IMG/VR virus record: IMGVR_UViG_3300050156_000143
Span: 32,001 to 96,000 of that record
Reading direction: 5' to 3' (one strand)
Length of the DNA stretch: 64,000 nucleotides
Origin: a virus
Lineage: Duplodnaviria; Caudoviricetes
Shown here: positions 53,905 through 64,000 of the stretch, one piece after another
How positions within the stretch are numbered: the first letter of the stretch is position 1
Layout of the letters: each line of letters begins with the position of its first letter
The notes under the pieces: generated by a model
Seen by the model: the letters and a program-made list of their open reading frames with translations, nothing else
The model's database searches: none
What the model was told of the DNA's origin: nothing
Position numbers and translations under genes: made by a program

Positions 53905-55359
53905 TTAAATTGCCGCGTTCTTGCGAACTTCTGCCAACGTGATGAAGTTCATCAGTTTGCCGTGATCATAAATCGTGACCAGAGCATCTTCGTACCCACT
54001 TGGAACCCCAAGATCGATGTCATATGACACATAATCTTGTGGGGAAGTTCCGCCGATTTTGTGCGCCAAGCTGACTCGACCTGCTTTGGATTTTTTGCCA
54101 GGGTCGGTCACTGGGTCTTTTGCAATCGGAACCCATTTCCGATCCACCAAGATGGCCGATGCTTTTTGGGCAAATTTGAAGGTATCTCGGTTCACTTTTT
54201 GCAGCAGTCCACCACCTGACCCCATGACAAACACATCGGCGCTATACCCAAGTGCCACAATCTTGCCCATCAAACTTTGGGACGAGAGTAAATCGATGCC
54301 ATCACCCTGGATCACCCCAACATTATTCAACTGCTTGAATCCCTTGCGGTTCAATGCGTAGCCATAAGCGGCTTCAAACTGTTGCAAAATCCAGGGCACA
54401 ATTTCCATCATATCGCCAGAATCAGGGCGCGCCACCAGTTTTCCACCACTGGTTTTCACCAGATTGACGAATTCTGGTTCACATAATGTACGAACTGCGC
54501 GATACACATCCTTGCCATCGATCACAATAGACCCAATACCTCGTGGCATAAACAGCTCAATCGTGTGTTTCAGATATTCTCGCTCACCTGCGTCCTCCAG
54601 ACCGAATGAACATTCAATACTGTGTTCGGTGGCAGACACTGCAAAATCGGACGACATGACATCGTTGTAATAAATGTTGGCAGCATCAATGCCTTCGGTG
54701 GTGTCGGAACCCTTGAAATTCACCATGTGAGCAGCACCACCAATTTCCGCCTGTTCAGCACTGGTAACACCACGGGCGCCAAAATCGTTCATGGCCCACA
54801 CAAGGTTGTCCAACATGGCGCCAGAGATTTCATAAAAATGAGCAAACTTTTGCTTCATCAGCCGACCTTGAGTAGCAATCGTGGTGGGATACCAGATACC
54901 ACGCAGTAAAAAGGTTTCGATATAAGACGCCAGCCAGAATACCTCGGGATCAGTGCATTCGACGGTGAGGATCACATTGCCAGACATCACAGGAGTGCCT
55001 TCTGCCACAGTTCGCACAGTCACTGGAAGATAGCCATCGTATTTTTCAATGATGTAGTCCCACTTTGCGCGGTCAAACGCTGCATTATTTTTTCGGCAAA
55101 ATTTCTCAGCGTGATCGACCATCTTTTTAGTCACATTGTTCGCCAAGGTTTTCATCACCAGCATTTGCGCACCAAACGGAACGATGATGTCGCCTTTTGT
55201 GCGAGCCTCTTGATACGCATACATCCCAGTGACATTTGGTGCATAAGCACTCGGGTGGCTGAACTTGTAGATGTCGGTTGCCAAAATCAAATTGAAATCT
55301 CGGCGCCCAAACTGATCCAAACGGTCGGCGTACATAGTGTGTTCACGTTGGTATTGCAT
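53905..55359 (-). CDS. nadV: Nicotinamide phosphoribosyltransferase (NAMPT)
   Basis: LATDIYKFSH, WYPTTIAT, DFGARG, ATEHS, RPDSGD, IQGDG, KVNRDTFKFAQK, KDPVTDPGKKSK. Confidence 0.95.
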   Translation of the reverse strand: MQYQREHTMYADRLDQFGRRDFNLILATDIYKFSHPSAYAPNVTGMYAYQEARTKGDIIVPFGAQMLVMKTLANNVTKKMVDHAEKFCRKNNAAFDRAKWDYIIEKYDGYLPVTVRTVAEGTPVMSGNVILTVECTDPEVFWLASYIETFLLRGIWYPTTIATQGRLMKQKFAHFYEISGAMLDNLVWAMNDFGARGVTSAEQAEIGGAAHMVNFKGSDTTEGIDAANIYYNDVMSSDFAVSATEHSIECSFGLEDAGEREYLKHTIELFMPRGIGSIVIDGKDVYRAVRTLCEPEFVNLVKTSGGKLVARPDSGDMMEIVPWILQQFEAAYGYALNRKGFKQLNNVGVIQGDGIDLLSSQSLMGKIVALGYSADVFVMGSGGGLLQKVNRDTFKFAQKASAILVDRKWVPIAKDPVTDPGKKSKAGRVSLAHKIGGTSPQDYVSYDIDLGVPSGYEDALVTIYDHGKLMNFITLAEVRKNAAI

Positions 55360-55361
55360 GT

Positions 55362-56408
55362 TTACTCCAGTGATAAGAAATGGGACAAAATGTGGTAGTG
55401 ATCTTCAAAGAACGTGTTTCGGTCAAGTCCAGAGAAGCCAACCCATTGTGCATCAGCCGCGTCGTCACCCGCTAATGGTTGACTAAACTGGTCAAGTTCT
55501 ATGTGAAACGCATGGGTTATGATGCGCCCTCGTGCTGATCTTGCCTTGGCATCAAAGACGTGACTCCCCACAATGTGGTGTGGAATTTTACTCAAATCAA
55601 TCCCACATTCTTCGAGTAATTCACGACGCATTGCTGCTTCTACTGACACATCGCTATTTGCGTCAACATATCCACCGGGGCACGCGAGTAACCCTTTTCC
55701 TGGAATATTCTTTCGTTTGATGAGGAGCACATTTTCACCCCACGTCACCACTGCATCAGATGTGACAAAAATTGGTGGGTATTTTTGTAAATTGTTTTCA
55801 TACTGGCGCTGCTTGTTGAACACATCTTCATCTACCAAATTTTTATAGTCTGGTGTTCGCTTGAAGTTGGCTAAAAACGTGTTGACATACGGCGGGACAT
55901 TATTGAAATTTTGGTCAAGCCCGTGATACCAAGCATCACGAATATCAGTTGCATTGACATTTTGCTCCAAGTTGACTTCGACCGACTCCCACTCAACGAA
56001 CATTTTGAGGTAAAACGATGATTCGTCTTTGGTGTGGCCAATGATGCCAACTTTGCTGGAGCGGTCTATGAACACTGAGACATTTTCTCGAACAGAATTT
56101 GCCCAGATTTCATCACCTGTCAATCCACCTTTGCCATAGAGCACATCAAACAACGGCAAAATAACAGGAGAAAACGATAAGCTGTTTGCGATCATGTGAG
56201 CACGTTCAGCAAAAGTGAACGGATTTTTTGGAGTACGGGCTTGGCCCGATGAGCCGACCAGAACAACCACACGGGCAGCCAAGGTTTTTGCGTACTCTAT
56301 AACACGAACATGCTCGTTGTGCAAGGGCTGAAAACGCCCTATGAACACCAATGTTGAAAATTTTTGTGGCACACTGTTCTCCAAAAAGTTGAAAGCACAG
56401 TGTAACAC
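55362..56408 (-). CDS. Bifunctional NMN adenylyltransferase / Nudix hydrolase (NadM-Nudix, NatV-like)
   Basis: FIGRFQPLHNEH, KNPFTFAER; Nudix box PGGYVD..AAMRRELLEECG; FEDH. Confidence 0.93.
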   Translation of the reverse strand: MLHCAFNFLENSVPQKFSTLVFIGRFQPLHNEHVRVIEYAKTLAARVVVLVGSSGQARTPKNPFTFAERAHMIANSLSFSPVILPLFDVLYGKGGLTGDEIWANSVRENVSVFIDRSSKVGIIGHTKDESSFYLKMFVEWESVEVNLEQNVNATDIRDAWYHGLDQNFNNVPPYVNTFLANFKRTPDYKNLVDEDVFNKQRQYENNLQKYPPIFVTSDAVVTWGENVLLIKRKNIPGKGLLACPGGYVDANSDVSVEAAMRRELLEECGIDLSKIPHHIVGSHVFDAKARSARGRIITHAFHIELDQFSQPLAGDDAADAQWVGFSGLDRNTFFEDHYHILSHFLSLE

Positions 56409-56417
56409 GGATGTTGG

Positions 56418-57209
56418 TTATGTGTTGTATGGGACTGGAAGGTTGAAGGCGAAGGGTGACGTGGGGGGAGTGTAATCACTAACCGCTAGACATAAATCAG
56501 TGATCCTCAATTCATCCATGTACCCGATGGAGCCAAGTATTGTTTCTGTCCAGGCCATTCTCCCAACTCTTAGAAAATGGCCATTTTTTGTCAAATCCGG
56601 GTTATGTTGGTATTCGATTGAACTCTTGATGCCATCTTTGAAACATCTTATCGTAAAATCCTGATCTCTTGTTATCATTATCTTATAACTGGTGTTTGCG
56701 GTAAAACTAAAATCCGTGAATGATATCCTAGTATCCGAGTATCCGTATACGCCAGTATAAAACTGAAAGCTCCCTTGATCGAATAATATACCAAACAAAT
56801 GCTCGCTAAAGGGGGCCGCGCCAGGTGTTTCTGGTTCGTTTTCAGCGGTGCTTGACGTTAGTAAAAAATATTTTTTCGACGGACTGAAGTCCTCTGGAGT
56901 TTTCCAAGTGAACTCAACCGAAAATTCCCCAGCGAAAGACAACCCGGTGGGCCAAGTAACTCTAGCCCAATCCAAATTGGGGTAGGTGGAGTCATTTAGC
57001 AATGCTGCGCCGCCATAGATTTTGGCATCACCGGAGATAGTCTTTATTCTAACATTACTCGAACAACTCCAAGAATTTCCACGGTTCGCTGAATCCAGAA
57101 TAGTTTGAGACCCATCAGCCTGACCTAGCGCTAGGTCAAAATGTGTCAACAAATATAAATGTGGCATCGGTACAACCACCGTTCCAAAAGCGTAGCTATT
57201 GATCATCAT
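56418..57209 (-). CDS. LamG/concanavalin-like domain tail protein
   Basis: LLTHFD..FSVEFTW..GYMDELRIT. Confidence 0.75.
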   Translation of the reverse strand: MMINSYAFGTVVVPMPHLYLLTHFDLALGQADGSQTILDSANRGNSWSCSSNVRIKTISGDAKIYGGAALLNDSTYPNLDWARVTWPTGLSFAGEFSVEFTWKTPEDFSPSKKYFLLTSSTAENEPETPGAAPFSEHLFGILFDQGSFQFYTGVYGYSDTRISFTDFSFTANTSYKIMITRDQDFTIRCFKDGIKSSIEYQHNPDLTKNGHFLRVGRMAWTETILGSIGYMDELRITDLCLAVSDYTPPTSPFAFNLPVPYNT

Positions 57210-58396
57210 GACGTAGCCCCCAGAAGAGCAACAATCAGCCCAGTTGCCCCTGTGCCCGCACTGAGTATGCTAGCAGTAAATTCGTCGTCGTCACTGAACG
57301 CAGTTGAGGACAACACTGGTGGAATAGCGGCGGTCACGCTAGTTTTCTCGTTGACGTCAATTGTGATTTTAGTTGACAAAATGGAAGACCCATTCCGCAA
57401 AATGTCAACTTCAACGCTCCCCGATGTACTAGCGGTCAATAGACTGGCCCTCACTCCAGAACAGATGAACGCCGTTGATGCTCGTTCATATCCAACATTG
57501 GTGCCAGTGCTTAACGCTGTGGTCAAATCTGAACACGCGAATTTAACAATAGCGGCATTCCCACTGGTAGGAGACAGTGCATCGACTTTAGCCTCAACGT
57601 TGACGATCGCTTGAACCAACGATTCTGAACCTGTCAAATCGGATGCAATGGCAATGGGTAAGGTGCCCAATGTGGTGGCTCTAACAAAAGCGTTCCCTTG
57701 TTGGTAGGTTAACGGTTGTAGTCCACTTACTGCGTTGGCGTTTAACGTCAAAGTTCCGGTTAAGGTGCCACCAGAAATCGGTAATGCCCCCACTTGTGTC
57801 GCTGTGACAGAATGGGGATTACTTACATTCGCTATGTGTGCAGTTAAAACTGGGTCAGTCCCCCCGCTTATGCCGTCCAAAATATTCACACCATTGGCAT
57901 AACAATATTGATTTGCCAATATTTTTCCGGTAACTGCCAACGCATTCGCGGTCGATGACCCAGAATTTAGTGTCCACCTTCCCGTCATCGCGCCTGATAC
58001 CCCGGTTCCGCCCGTGGTTAACACAGTGGTAGTCAGACTGGATATATTGGATGTTCCCAGTGTGGTGGTGCCACTAACAGACAAATTGCCGCTTAATGTC
58101 AAGTTGGTCAAATTGCTATTTCCAACTGCGACCCACGCTCCACTAGGAGCACCATCATATGGACAAACCTTCAACGTTGCAGCACTACGGTGATACCATG
58201 TTTGACCTTGCAACGGATTCGGAGGAGGAGTGTCGGAGGAAAAGTTCTCCAGGAGTTTTACAAAATTCGTGTCCTGAATTTGCCCGTAACCTGAAAAGTT
58301 TTTCCCGATTAACCCAATGGATGTGCTGCTGGTGTTTACCGTGCCATCTTGAATCGTGACTAGCGTGGTGCCATTGCTTTTTGTTATAGTGTACAT
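57206..58396 (-). CDS. Tail fibre/baseplate-associated protein
   Basis: LIGKNFSGYG..LLENFS..P..GQTWY; Gly/Thr/Ser-rich. Confidence 0.75.
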   Translation of the reverse strand: MYTITKSNGTTLVTIQDGTVNTSSTSIGLIGKNFSGYGQIQDTNFVKLLENFSSDTPPPNPLQGQTWYHRSAATLKVCPYDGAPSGAWVAVGNSNLTNLTLSGNLSVSGTTTLGTSNISSLTTTVLTTGGTGVSGAMTGRWTLNSGSSTANALAVTGKILANQYCYANGVNILDGISGGTDPVLTAHIANVSNPHSVTATQVGALPISGGTLTGTLTLNANAVSGLQPLTYQQGNAFVRATTLGTLPIAIASDLTGSESLVQAIVNVEAKVDALSPTSGNAAIVKFACSDLTTALSTGTNVGYERASTAFICSGVRASLLTASTSGSVEVDILRNGSSILSTKITIDVNEKTSVTAAIPPVLSSTAFSDDDEFTASILSAGTGATGLIVALLGATS

Positions 58397-58403
58397 AATT
58401 TCC

Positions 58404-59018
58404 TCAAATTGTTATCATATTGGATACACTATGGATTCTAATAGTGTATTTTATTAGCTGGCGACGATTGAGTGATTTTTGCACTGGGTTGAAAATAGCA
58501 TGAGACACTAATCTAGTGACTTGATCCCCGTTTGAATCGACGCCGTAATCTGCAAGTAGCCCGATCTCATCAAATGTATAAATTGAATTTAGATTAGTGC
58601 CATTATCAAACGCATCTTGGCCAGCGGGTTCGCCATAATCTAGCAAACATGAAATCAAAATGTCGGTATACGTTTTTCCACTAACGTGAACCACTTGCAT
58701 TTTATTGCGTATGGGGTCTGGGTTGGTGACGATAGTATCATCGATCAGTTTTGAAAACGTTTGGTTATACAGTGTGGCATTTTGTCCTACCGTATTTGGT
58801 GGCAAGTATGTAATTGCACCCGTTTCATCCACTGTGGCTCCACCGTTGCCCAACGCCAAACGATACAATGCACCAACTCCCCGACTCGCCAAACTGTTAG
58901 CAAGTGCTAACGACATGTTCTCCGGGTGAATTGCATTTTTGGTAGACAGTAAATGCTCACCAGTGTCACTATCTTCTATCTCAATGAATCCTTCTACGAG
59001 GACTGATTTTTCATTCAT
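58404..59018 (-). CDS. Probable baseplate/tail structural protein
   Basis: KNAIHPENMS, FDEIGL, FNPVQKSLNR. Confidence 0.7.
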   Translation of the reverse strand: MNEKSVLVEGFIEIEDSDTGEHLLSTKNAIHPENMSLALANSLASRGVGALYRLALGNGGATVDETGAITYLPPNTVGQNATLYNQTFSKLIDDTIVTNPDPIRNKMQVVHVSGKTYTDILISCLLDYGEPAGQDAFDNGTNLNSIYTFDEIGLLADYGVDSNGDQVTRLVSHAIFNPVQKSLNRRQLIKYTIRIHSVSNMITI

Positions 59019-59140
59019 TCGTCAGTCCTCGTAGTAATCAAGATATCACCAGAATCCGGGTCAACTATTCGCAAATAGGTTTCAACACAGATACCAGAAT
59101 CATCGCTTGAAGTTTGATTGTCCAAATTTATTTGTTCCAT
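59015..59140 (-). CDS. 41-aa late protein missed by ORF track
   Basis: MEQINLDNQTSSDDSGICVETYLRIVDPDSGDILITTRTDE resembles the N-terminus of the next gene; TAAATA 4 nt upstream. Confidence 0.6.
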   Translation of the reverse strand: MEQINLDNQTSSDDSGICVETYLRIVDPDSGDILITTRTDE

Positions 59141-59143
59141 TCG

Positions 59144-62100
59144 TTATTTAACCAACCGGTTGGCCAGCTCGGTGCCTGATGCGCTGAGTGGAGTATCCCA
59201 AGTACCATAACGCTTGGTGAAATAGTTTGGCAACCGAGACATACCGCGATCAATGACCCACTCATATTTGTCGTGATCTTGGGGTGAACTCATGTGCCGT
59301 CCACGAATAACCGTGATCTGATTAGTCAACATATTCACATCCGTGACGATCATGGTTTCAAATCCTATAACAATATCCCCACCCCGCGCTACCGTGATGG
59401 TCATGACGGCGCCATTCAAACTGTCATCAAAATGCAGCCAAGGTGAAAACTCAATGAAGTCCAAGGTGAATTCAACTTGCTGCGCATTTTCATCAACGAC
59501 GCTTACCCCCACGATGTTGTTACCTTTTCCTGGCAGTTTTATAGCACCGTTGTCTACCACGATATTATGAGTTTGAACGTCGAGTAGTCGCCCAATATCG
59601 CCGACTCGGAATTGCGTGGCATTTGTGTCGATATCATCGGCCAACCATGTCCGATTTTGCGCATACAGTGCTAACCCAGTGTTGTCCACGGTAGACGTCA
59701 ACGTCATCCGATTTGGGGAAGCATGTGCGATCATTGAAGTCACGTTGACCACATCGTTGGCTCCCAATTCTCCCAAATAGATCACTTGGTTTTGGTATAT
59801 TTCCACAGTGGAGGTTCGCACCCCGTTGATATACACAAATAGACGGCTAGTATCCGCCAATGCCATGCCAGCATGATCGATAGTGAAATCCCCATCCAAC
59901 GTTACTACACCCCCACCGCGATGCTGTATTTCAATCTGTTCCCCACTTGGGTCAACTATGGAAAACTGTGTTGAAGAAATTGACACCAAAGTGCCGCCTA
60001 TGGCGGAATACCCGTATCTTCCCGCGACGATCACATGATCCCCGTTCGATCTGCCGTGCGGTGTCTTGGTGGTCACAATGTTGTCGGCCACCGTATCGAT
60101 TTCCGCGATTTTTTTGCCAGTGAAATTCGTGGTTTTTAGTTGTTGCCCACGGTTATTCCCAAACGTAGTGACAGACACTTTTCCAGTCACAGGGGAACCC
60201 AAAGTGAGAGTATAGTCATTGACTGTAAAGTTACTCGTTTGCACCCCATCAATTTCGACCAATACCGCCCCTTGTCTAATGGCAAACGTGTCCCGGCCAA
60301 CAGCATCAAATACTGCGGTGGTCGGAATAGAGTAGGTATTGGGGATAATAGTCACTACATCACCCGTGTGCAGCGTCCCGTCCACAGTAACCACTCCGTT
60401 TAACAACGTGTATTCCAAAATGTTAATGCCGTTGATTTGCACGGTGATGCCACTCGCGTCCAGCATGATCGAGTTTTGCGAACTTAGAGCAAAATTGTTG
60501 TTGCCTGAGTAAACAAATTCATCTATTTTGATGAGGTCGAGTGTTTTCATCGTGACCGTCAAAGTGTCCCCACTAGACAAGTAACTGTTCGTTATGGTGA
60601 TATTGGCATCAGACACTGCGAACGTCGGATATACTGAGCCGATAACATTGCGCTTGTGGCCAAAAACAACCGCATTGTTTTGTGTGATGTAGTTGGCCAG
60701 TGGCTCGCTCACTGTGAGGGCAAATGGTGAAACACCTGTTAAAGTAAACGTCTCGATTTCCGGCTCAATGCTGCCCATAATGGCGTATGCGACGTATTTT
60801 GTGGACATATCACCAGGTAGTACCAAATACGCCACTTCGTTTTCTATATTGATGAGCGCAGTTGTTTTAACACCGTCCACATACGCGGGATGCGCCCCGT
60901 CTAAAATCATTGATGGAGTTATTTCTAGCATGAACTTAGTATGAATTCCATCAAACCTTGCGGGAGTAAACTCACTGGAAGATACTTCCACTCGGTTTCC
61001 TCCACCGGCACAATACAATTCAACGGTCACTACATCATATTCTGACTCAAAAGTAATGGATTTATCGGCCCAATTCACGATGTAATCAAAAATGCGGATG
61101 CCGGTGTGGAAAACCGCGAGAGACATTATGACTAGCCCAGTGCCCCCAAAATAAGCGACATTGTCGGTGTTTGGGATTAACTCCAACGGCGTCATTGAAA
61201 ACCCATTACTTCCATATTTCTGATATTCACCGCCATAGTATCCAGAAGGGGTGGCGTCAGTTTGGATGCTAATTTTGTCCCGCACCATCCCAGACACCAG
61301 TTCTTCGGGCGAATACCCGTATTCAAATTCGCTACCGACCACATCATACAATTCATCGGCGGAAGTAATTGAATCATTGGGCGTCCAATCGACTTTGTTT
61401 GCGCTGAGTAATATAGCGCCATCAACGCCACCCGCCACATATGTGCCAGCGTTGTATAACGTTGTGCGCAGATCATTGGCGGTTCCTGACGACCTGGCTG
61501 CCCAGTTGATTCCGTCGATGCTAGTCAAAATGGTGCCATTTTCGCCGACCACAATGGTGTTATCAATTGCTAACAGATTAGCACTCGTGCTCGATGATGC
61601 CTGCGTCCAGCTAGTCCCGCCTTCACTAGCCAAAATCAACCCATTATCGCCCACCGCGATAATCAAATCACCGATGGCTGAAACGTCGCGCAAAGTTTCG
61701 GAAAACGGTAATTCCAACGTGGTGAACACGGTGCCATTCACGCTAGTGGCGACTATCGACTTTTTGGTAGTATTCCCAATTACACCAACTGCCATAAACC
61801 CGTTGAACCCTGTGGTTTCGATGTGTTTTATTGCATGGAATGAGTTAACTACCCCACTCACATTCGATACACCCAAATCGTGCAACGATGACCAATTTAG
61901 TGAATCGGGCGAGGCTATGACGGACTGTCCACATGCGTAAAACTGTCCATGATATGTGCTGTCATATCTTGCCCCAGTCGGAACATTTGCACCACCACCA
62001 TCAAATGATTCCGCGTCATATGGGAAACTGTCATAACCAGTGCCAGCATTTGGGGCAGTCCAGTTTTCACCATCGGCGCTAATCATGACTCCGACCGTTG

Positions 62101-64000
62101 GGGTCATGGTGGTTACGATGAATGTCCCGTTACTGTGGGTTATGCTGGTGGTGCCAAGTGGAGCATTGGATAGTTTGGTGGCCGCCCAGTCAACACCATC
62201 TTCGCTGGTGATAATGAACGAATTGGATGATGTATCGGCTACTCCATATAACACCCCGTTTGCAACGCAAATGTCATTTACATCGGCAATCAATTTGAAT
62301 TTTTTGTCATTGAGCACAACGTCATTTGGCAAACTTGCTGAAAACGTGTTTCCAACAAATTGGCCATATGGATATTGTGTCCCGGTAAACCATTGGTTCA
62401 ATTTTCTACCCAGCGAGTTTGCTTCGGGAACATACATTGCGCTCAGACGATCCATTGCATTGATACTAGCGTCGTCTTGGTCTAGCTTTTCCCATTTTAG
62501 GGGATCAAATTCCTCGTCAGAATTGGAGACGACGCAAGTATAAAATTCGTGGTTAATGTGAACTACACTCGGGGCCAGTGCCCCAGGATTGGATAACCCG
62601 ATGATGTCACCAACCTCAATACTCAAATCGCCTACATGCTGATAGTTTTTGGTACTAGACACCCGCAGGGTGTCGGAATCAACTGCACGTGCATATAGTT
62701 TGTGAATGTTTGCAACAGAATTCCCGACAACGGTGATTGCCAATATTTCACCAGATGAACCAACGGATGTCACGGTGATCGTACATTTGTTTGCACTAGT
62801 GCCGCCCAGAGTTCCACCACCAATCGTGATAACTTGACCAAGACTATATCCAACCCCGGATGACGCCACTTTGGCCGAATACACGGGAACCGGGGTGTTG
62901 TCCACATAACTCACAAGGGAAATATCAAATTCAGCACCAGCACCATCGACCGTTGACGGTGATACTGAATATTCGCCAGAATCACTTCTAACATAAATCT
63001 CACGGTGGTTAAAATGGTTGACTGACAGGTTAGATGAGACAGCTAGATCGATGTGAGTTGCACCATTGGTAACAGCTGTGACGGTCAATTCTGGGAAAGC
63101 TGCCCCAGATTTCAATTCTGTGAACCCCACGCCCACGATACTCGCAGAAACTATGCTGCCACCATTAATTCCCGTGACGGTCAAGGTCGCATTATTGGTT
63201 GGAGCAATGCCACCCAAGTCACCGCCGTCTATCACGATGTGTTCACCGATAACGTAACCTGACCCGCCATTTTTAATAGTCACAGTGTAGTGATTCGATG
63301 AAACAAAATTTGCTTTGTGAACAATGAATTCCGCATCTTGTCCACTCCCAGAAGCTGCGCCAGTCACTTTATATACCTCATAATCACGAAGTGTGGCGGC
63401 GGATGATGCAAAGTATTTCGCCACATCCGTTGAGCCAACGTGATAGTCATGGGAATAAGCGGGAATTTGTGCTCGGAAACTCGTGCGATCCAGTTTGATG
63501 GTATTGTCAAATGCTCGTGTTGGGCCATTTTCAACTAGCACGATTGCATATGCACCAACCTCGATAGTCCCACCTTGCCCAGACAGAGGGAGCGATGACG
63601 TCAGATACCCTATATCAGCGCGACGACGATAAAACGAAACAAACTGCGCAATTCCGGCCGATGTTGTGGTTGATGAATGTACCTTGATGTAATATTGTTC
63701 GCCATCGTTTAGTCCAGTAAGTGATCCGCGATAGGTAACGATATCACCCGTGGAAAACGCCACAGTGGTCACAATTCTGGCAGCATGGTTGCTATACGTG
63801 TTGGTCACCGTGCCAGAAAACGCTGGGGAAATATTGATCACTGGGGGTTGTGTGTACCCGTCGCCACGATTTGTTACGACAATTTCAGTCACCGATCCGT
63901 TGGATACTTTTGCAGTTGCTAACGCATTAGTGCGGCATTCACCAGAAATAGCAATAGTCGGAGCGACAGAGTACCCACGTCCACCATGTATTACCACGAT
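59144..64000 (-). CDS. Very large baseplate/tail protein, 5' end beyond window
   Basis: >1600-aa open frame with GxGY repeats and BNR-like S.DG..W repeats. Confidence 0.85.
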   Translation of the reverse strand: MVVIHGGRGYSVAPTIAISGECRTNALATAKVSNGSVTEIVVTNRGDGYTQPPVINISPAFSGTVTNTYSNHAARIVTTVAFSTGDIVTYRGSLTGLNDGEQYYIKVHSSTTTSAGIAQFVSFYRRRADIGYLTSSLPLSGQGGTIEVGAYAIVLVENGPTRAFDNTIKLDRTSFRAQIPAYSHDYHVGSTDVAKYFASSAATLRDYEVYKVTGAASGSGQDAEFIVHKANFVSSNHYTVTIKNGGSGYVIGEHIVIDGGDLGGIAPTNNATLTVTGINGGSIVSASIVGVGFTELKSGAAFPELTVTAVTNGATHIDLAVSSNLSVNHFNHREIYVRSDSGEYSVSPSTVDGAGAEFDISLVSYVDNTPVPVYSAKVASSGVGYSLGQVITIGGGTLGGTSANKCTITVTSVGSSGEILAITVVGNSVANIHKLYARAVDSDTLRVSSTKNYQHVGDLSIEVGDIIGLSNPGALAPSVVHINHEFYTCVVSNSDEEFDPLKWEKLDQDDASINAMDRLSAMYVPEANSLGRKLNQWFTGTQYPYGQFVGNTFSASLPNDVVLNDKKFKLIADVNDICVANGVLYGVADTSSNSFIITSEDGVDWAATKLSNAPLGTTSITHSNGTFIVTTMTPTVGVMISADGENWTAPNAGTGYDSFPYDAESFDGGGANVPTGARYDSTYHGQFYACGQSVIASPDSLNWSSLHDLGVSNVSGVVNSFHAIKHIETTGFNGFMAVGVIGNTTKKSIVATSVNGTVFTTLELPFSETLRDVSAIGDLIIAVGDNGLILASEGGTSWTQASSSTSANLLAIDNTIVVGENGTILTSIDGINWAARSSGTANDLRTTLYNAGTYVAGGVDGAILLSANKVDWTPNDSITSADELYDVVGSEFEYGYSPEELVSGMVRDKISIQTDATPSGYYGGEYQKYGSNGFSMTPLELIPNTDNVAYFGGTGLVIMSLAVFHTGIRIFDYIVNWADKSITFESEYDVVTVELYCAGGGNRVEVSSSEFTPARFDGIHTKFMLEITPSMILDGAHPAYVDGVKTTALINIENEVAYLVLPGDMSTKYVAYAIMGSIEPEIETFTLTGVSPFALTVSEPLANYITQNNAVVFGHKRNVIGSVYPTFAVSDANITITNSYLSSGDTLTVTMKTLDLIKIDEFVYSGNNNFALSSQNSIMLDASGITVQINGINILEYTLLNGVVTVDGTLHTGDVVTIIPNTYSIPTTAVFDAVGRDTFAIRQGAVLVEIDGVQTSNFTVNDYTLTLGSPVTGKVSVTTFGNNRGQQLKTTNFTGKKIAEIDTVADNIVTTKTPHGRSNGDHVIVAGRYGYSAIGGTLVSISSTQFSIVDPSGEQIEIQHRGGGVVTLDGDFTIDHAGMALADTSRLFVYINGVRTSTVEIYQNQVIYLGELGANDVVNVTSMIAHASPNRMTLTSTVDNTGLALYAQNRTWLADDIDTNATQFRVGDIGRLLDVQTHNIVVDNGAIKLPGKGNNIVGVSVVDENAQQVEFTLDFIEFSPWLHFDDSLNGAVMTITVARGGDIVIGFETMIVTDVNMLTNQITVIRGRHMSSPQDHDKYEWVIDRGMSRLPNYFTKRYGTWDTPLSASGTELANRLVK

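Noticed and set aside
7897-61940. Long antisense ORFs in the track (e.g. 7897-8475, 28194-28715, 32405-33058, 46355-46999, 61251-61940)
   Set aside because: Shadows of well-supported genes on the other strand, without motifs or expression signals.
1-64000. Stop-codon reassignment
   Set aside because: Recognisable genes are uninterrupted under the standard code and end in TAA, TGA or TAG.

Overview
64 kb of a lytic jumbo myovirus with T4-related core genes; gene content and order recall RaK2/Atu_ph07/XacN1-type jumbo phages (from memory, not searched). Standard genetic code. Recognisable genes: UvsW, UvsY, UvsX, gp32-like SSB, large terminase, ThyA, DHFR, RNA ligase, GH19 lysozyme, holin-like protein, Dps, NADAR, IF-1, a shortened CysRS, MoxR-VWA pair, NAMPT plus NMNAT-Nudix, and tail/baseplate genes. 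Main unexplained signals: (1) a 15-member array of small SH3/KOW-like paralogs with conserved, mosaic gene-junction DNA that encodes the next gene's RBS and start; (2) a second array of about 10 small paralogs ending in an SD-encoding 'AFxLRWS' tail; (3) a ~600 nt ORF-free, hairpin-dense region behind a late promoter (candidate large ncRNA) carrying a 13-mer complementary to a duplicated early-gene leader; (4) eight late TAAATA promoters only 4-5 nt from ATG (probably leaderless mRNAs); (5) twin loop-less CATG-centred palindromes inside an ORF; (6) a G8-tract frameshifted gene. All family assignments come from motif recognition by eye; nothing was searched or computed.
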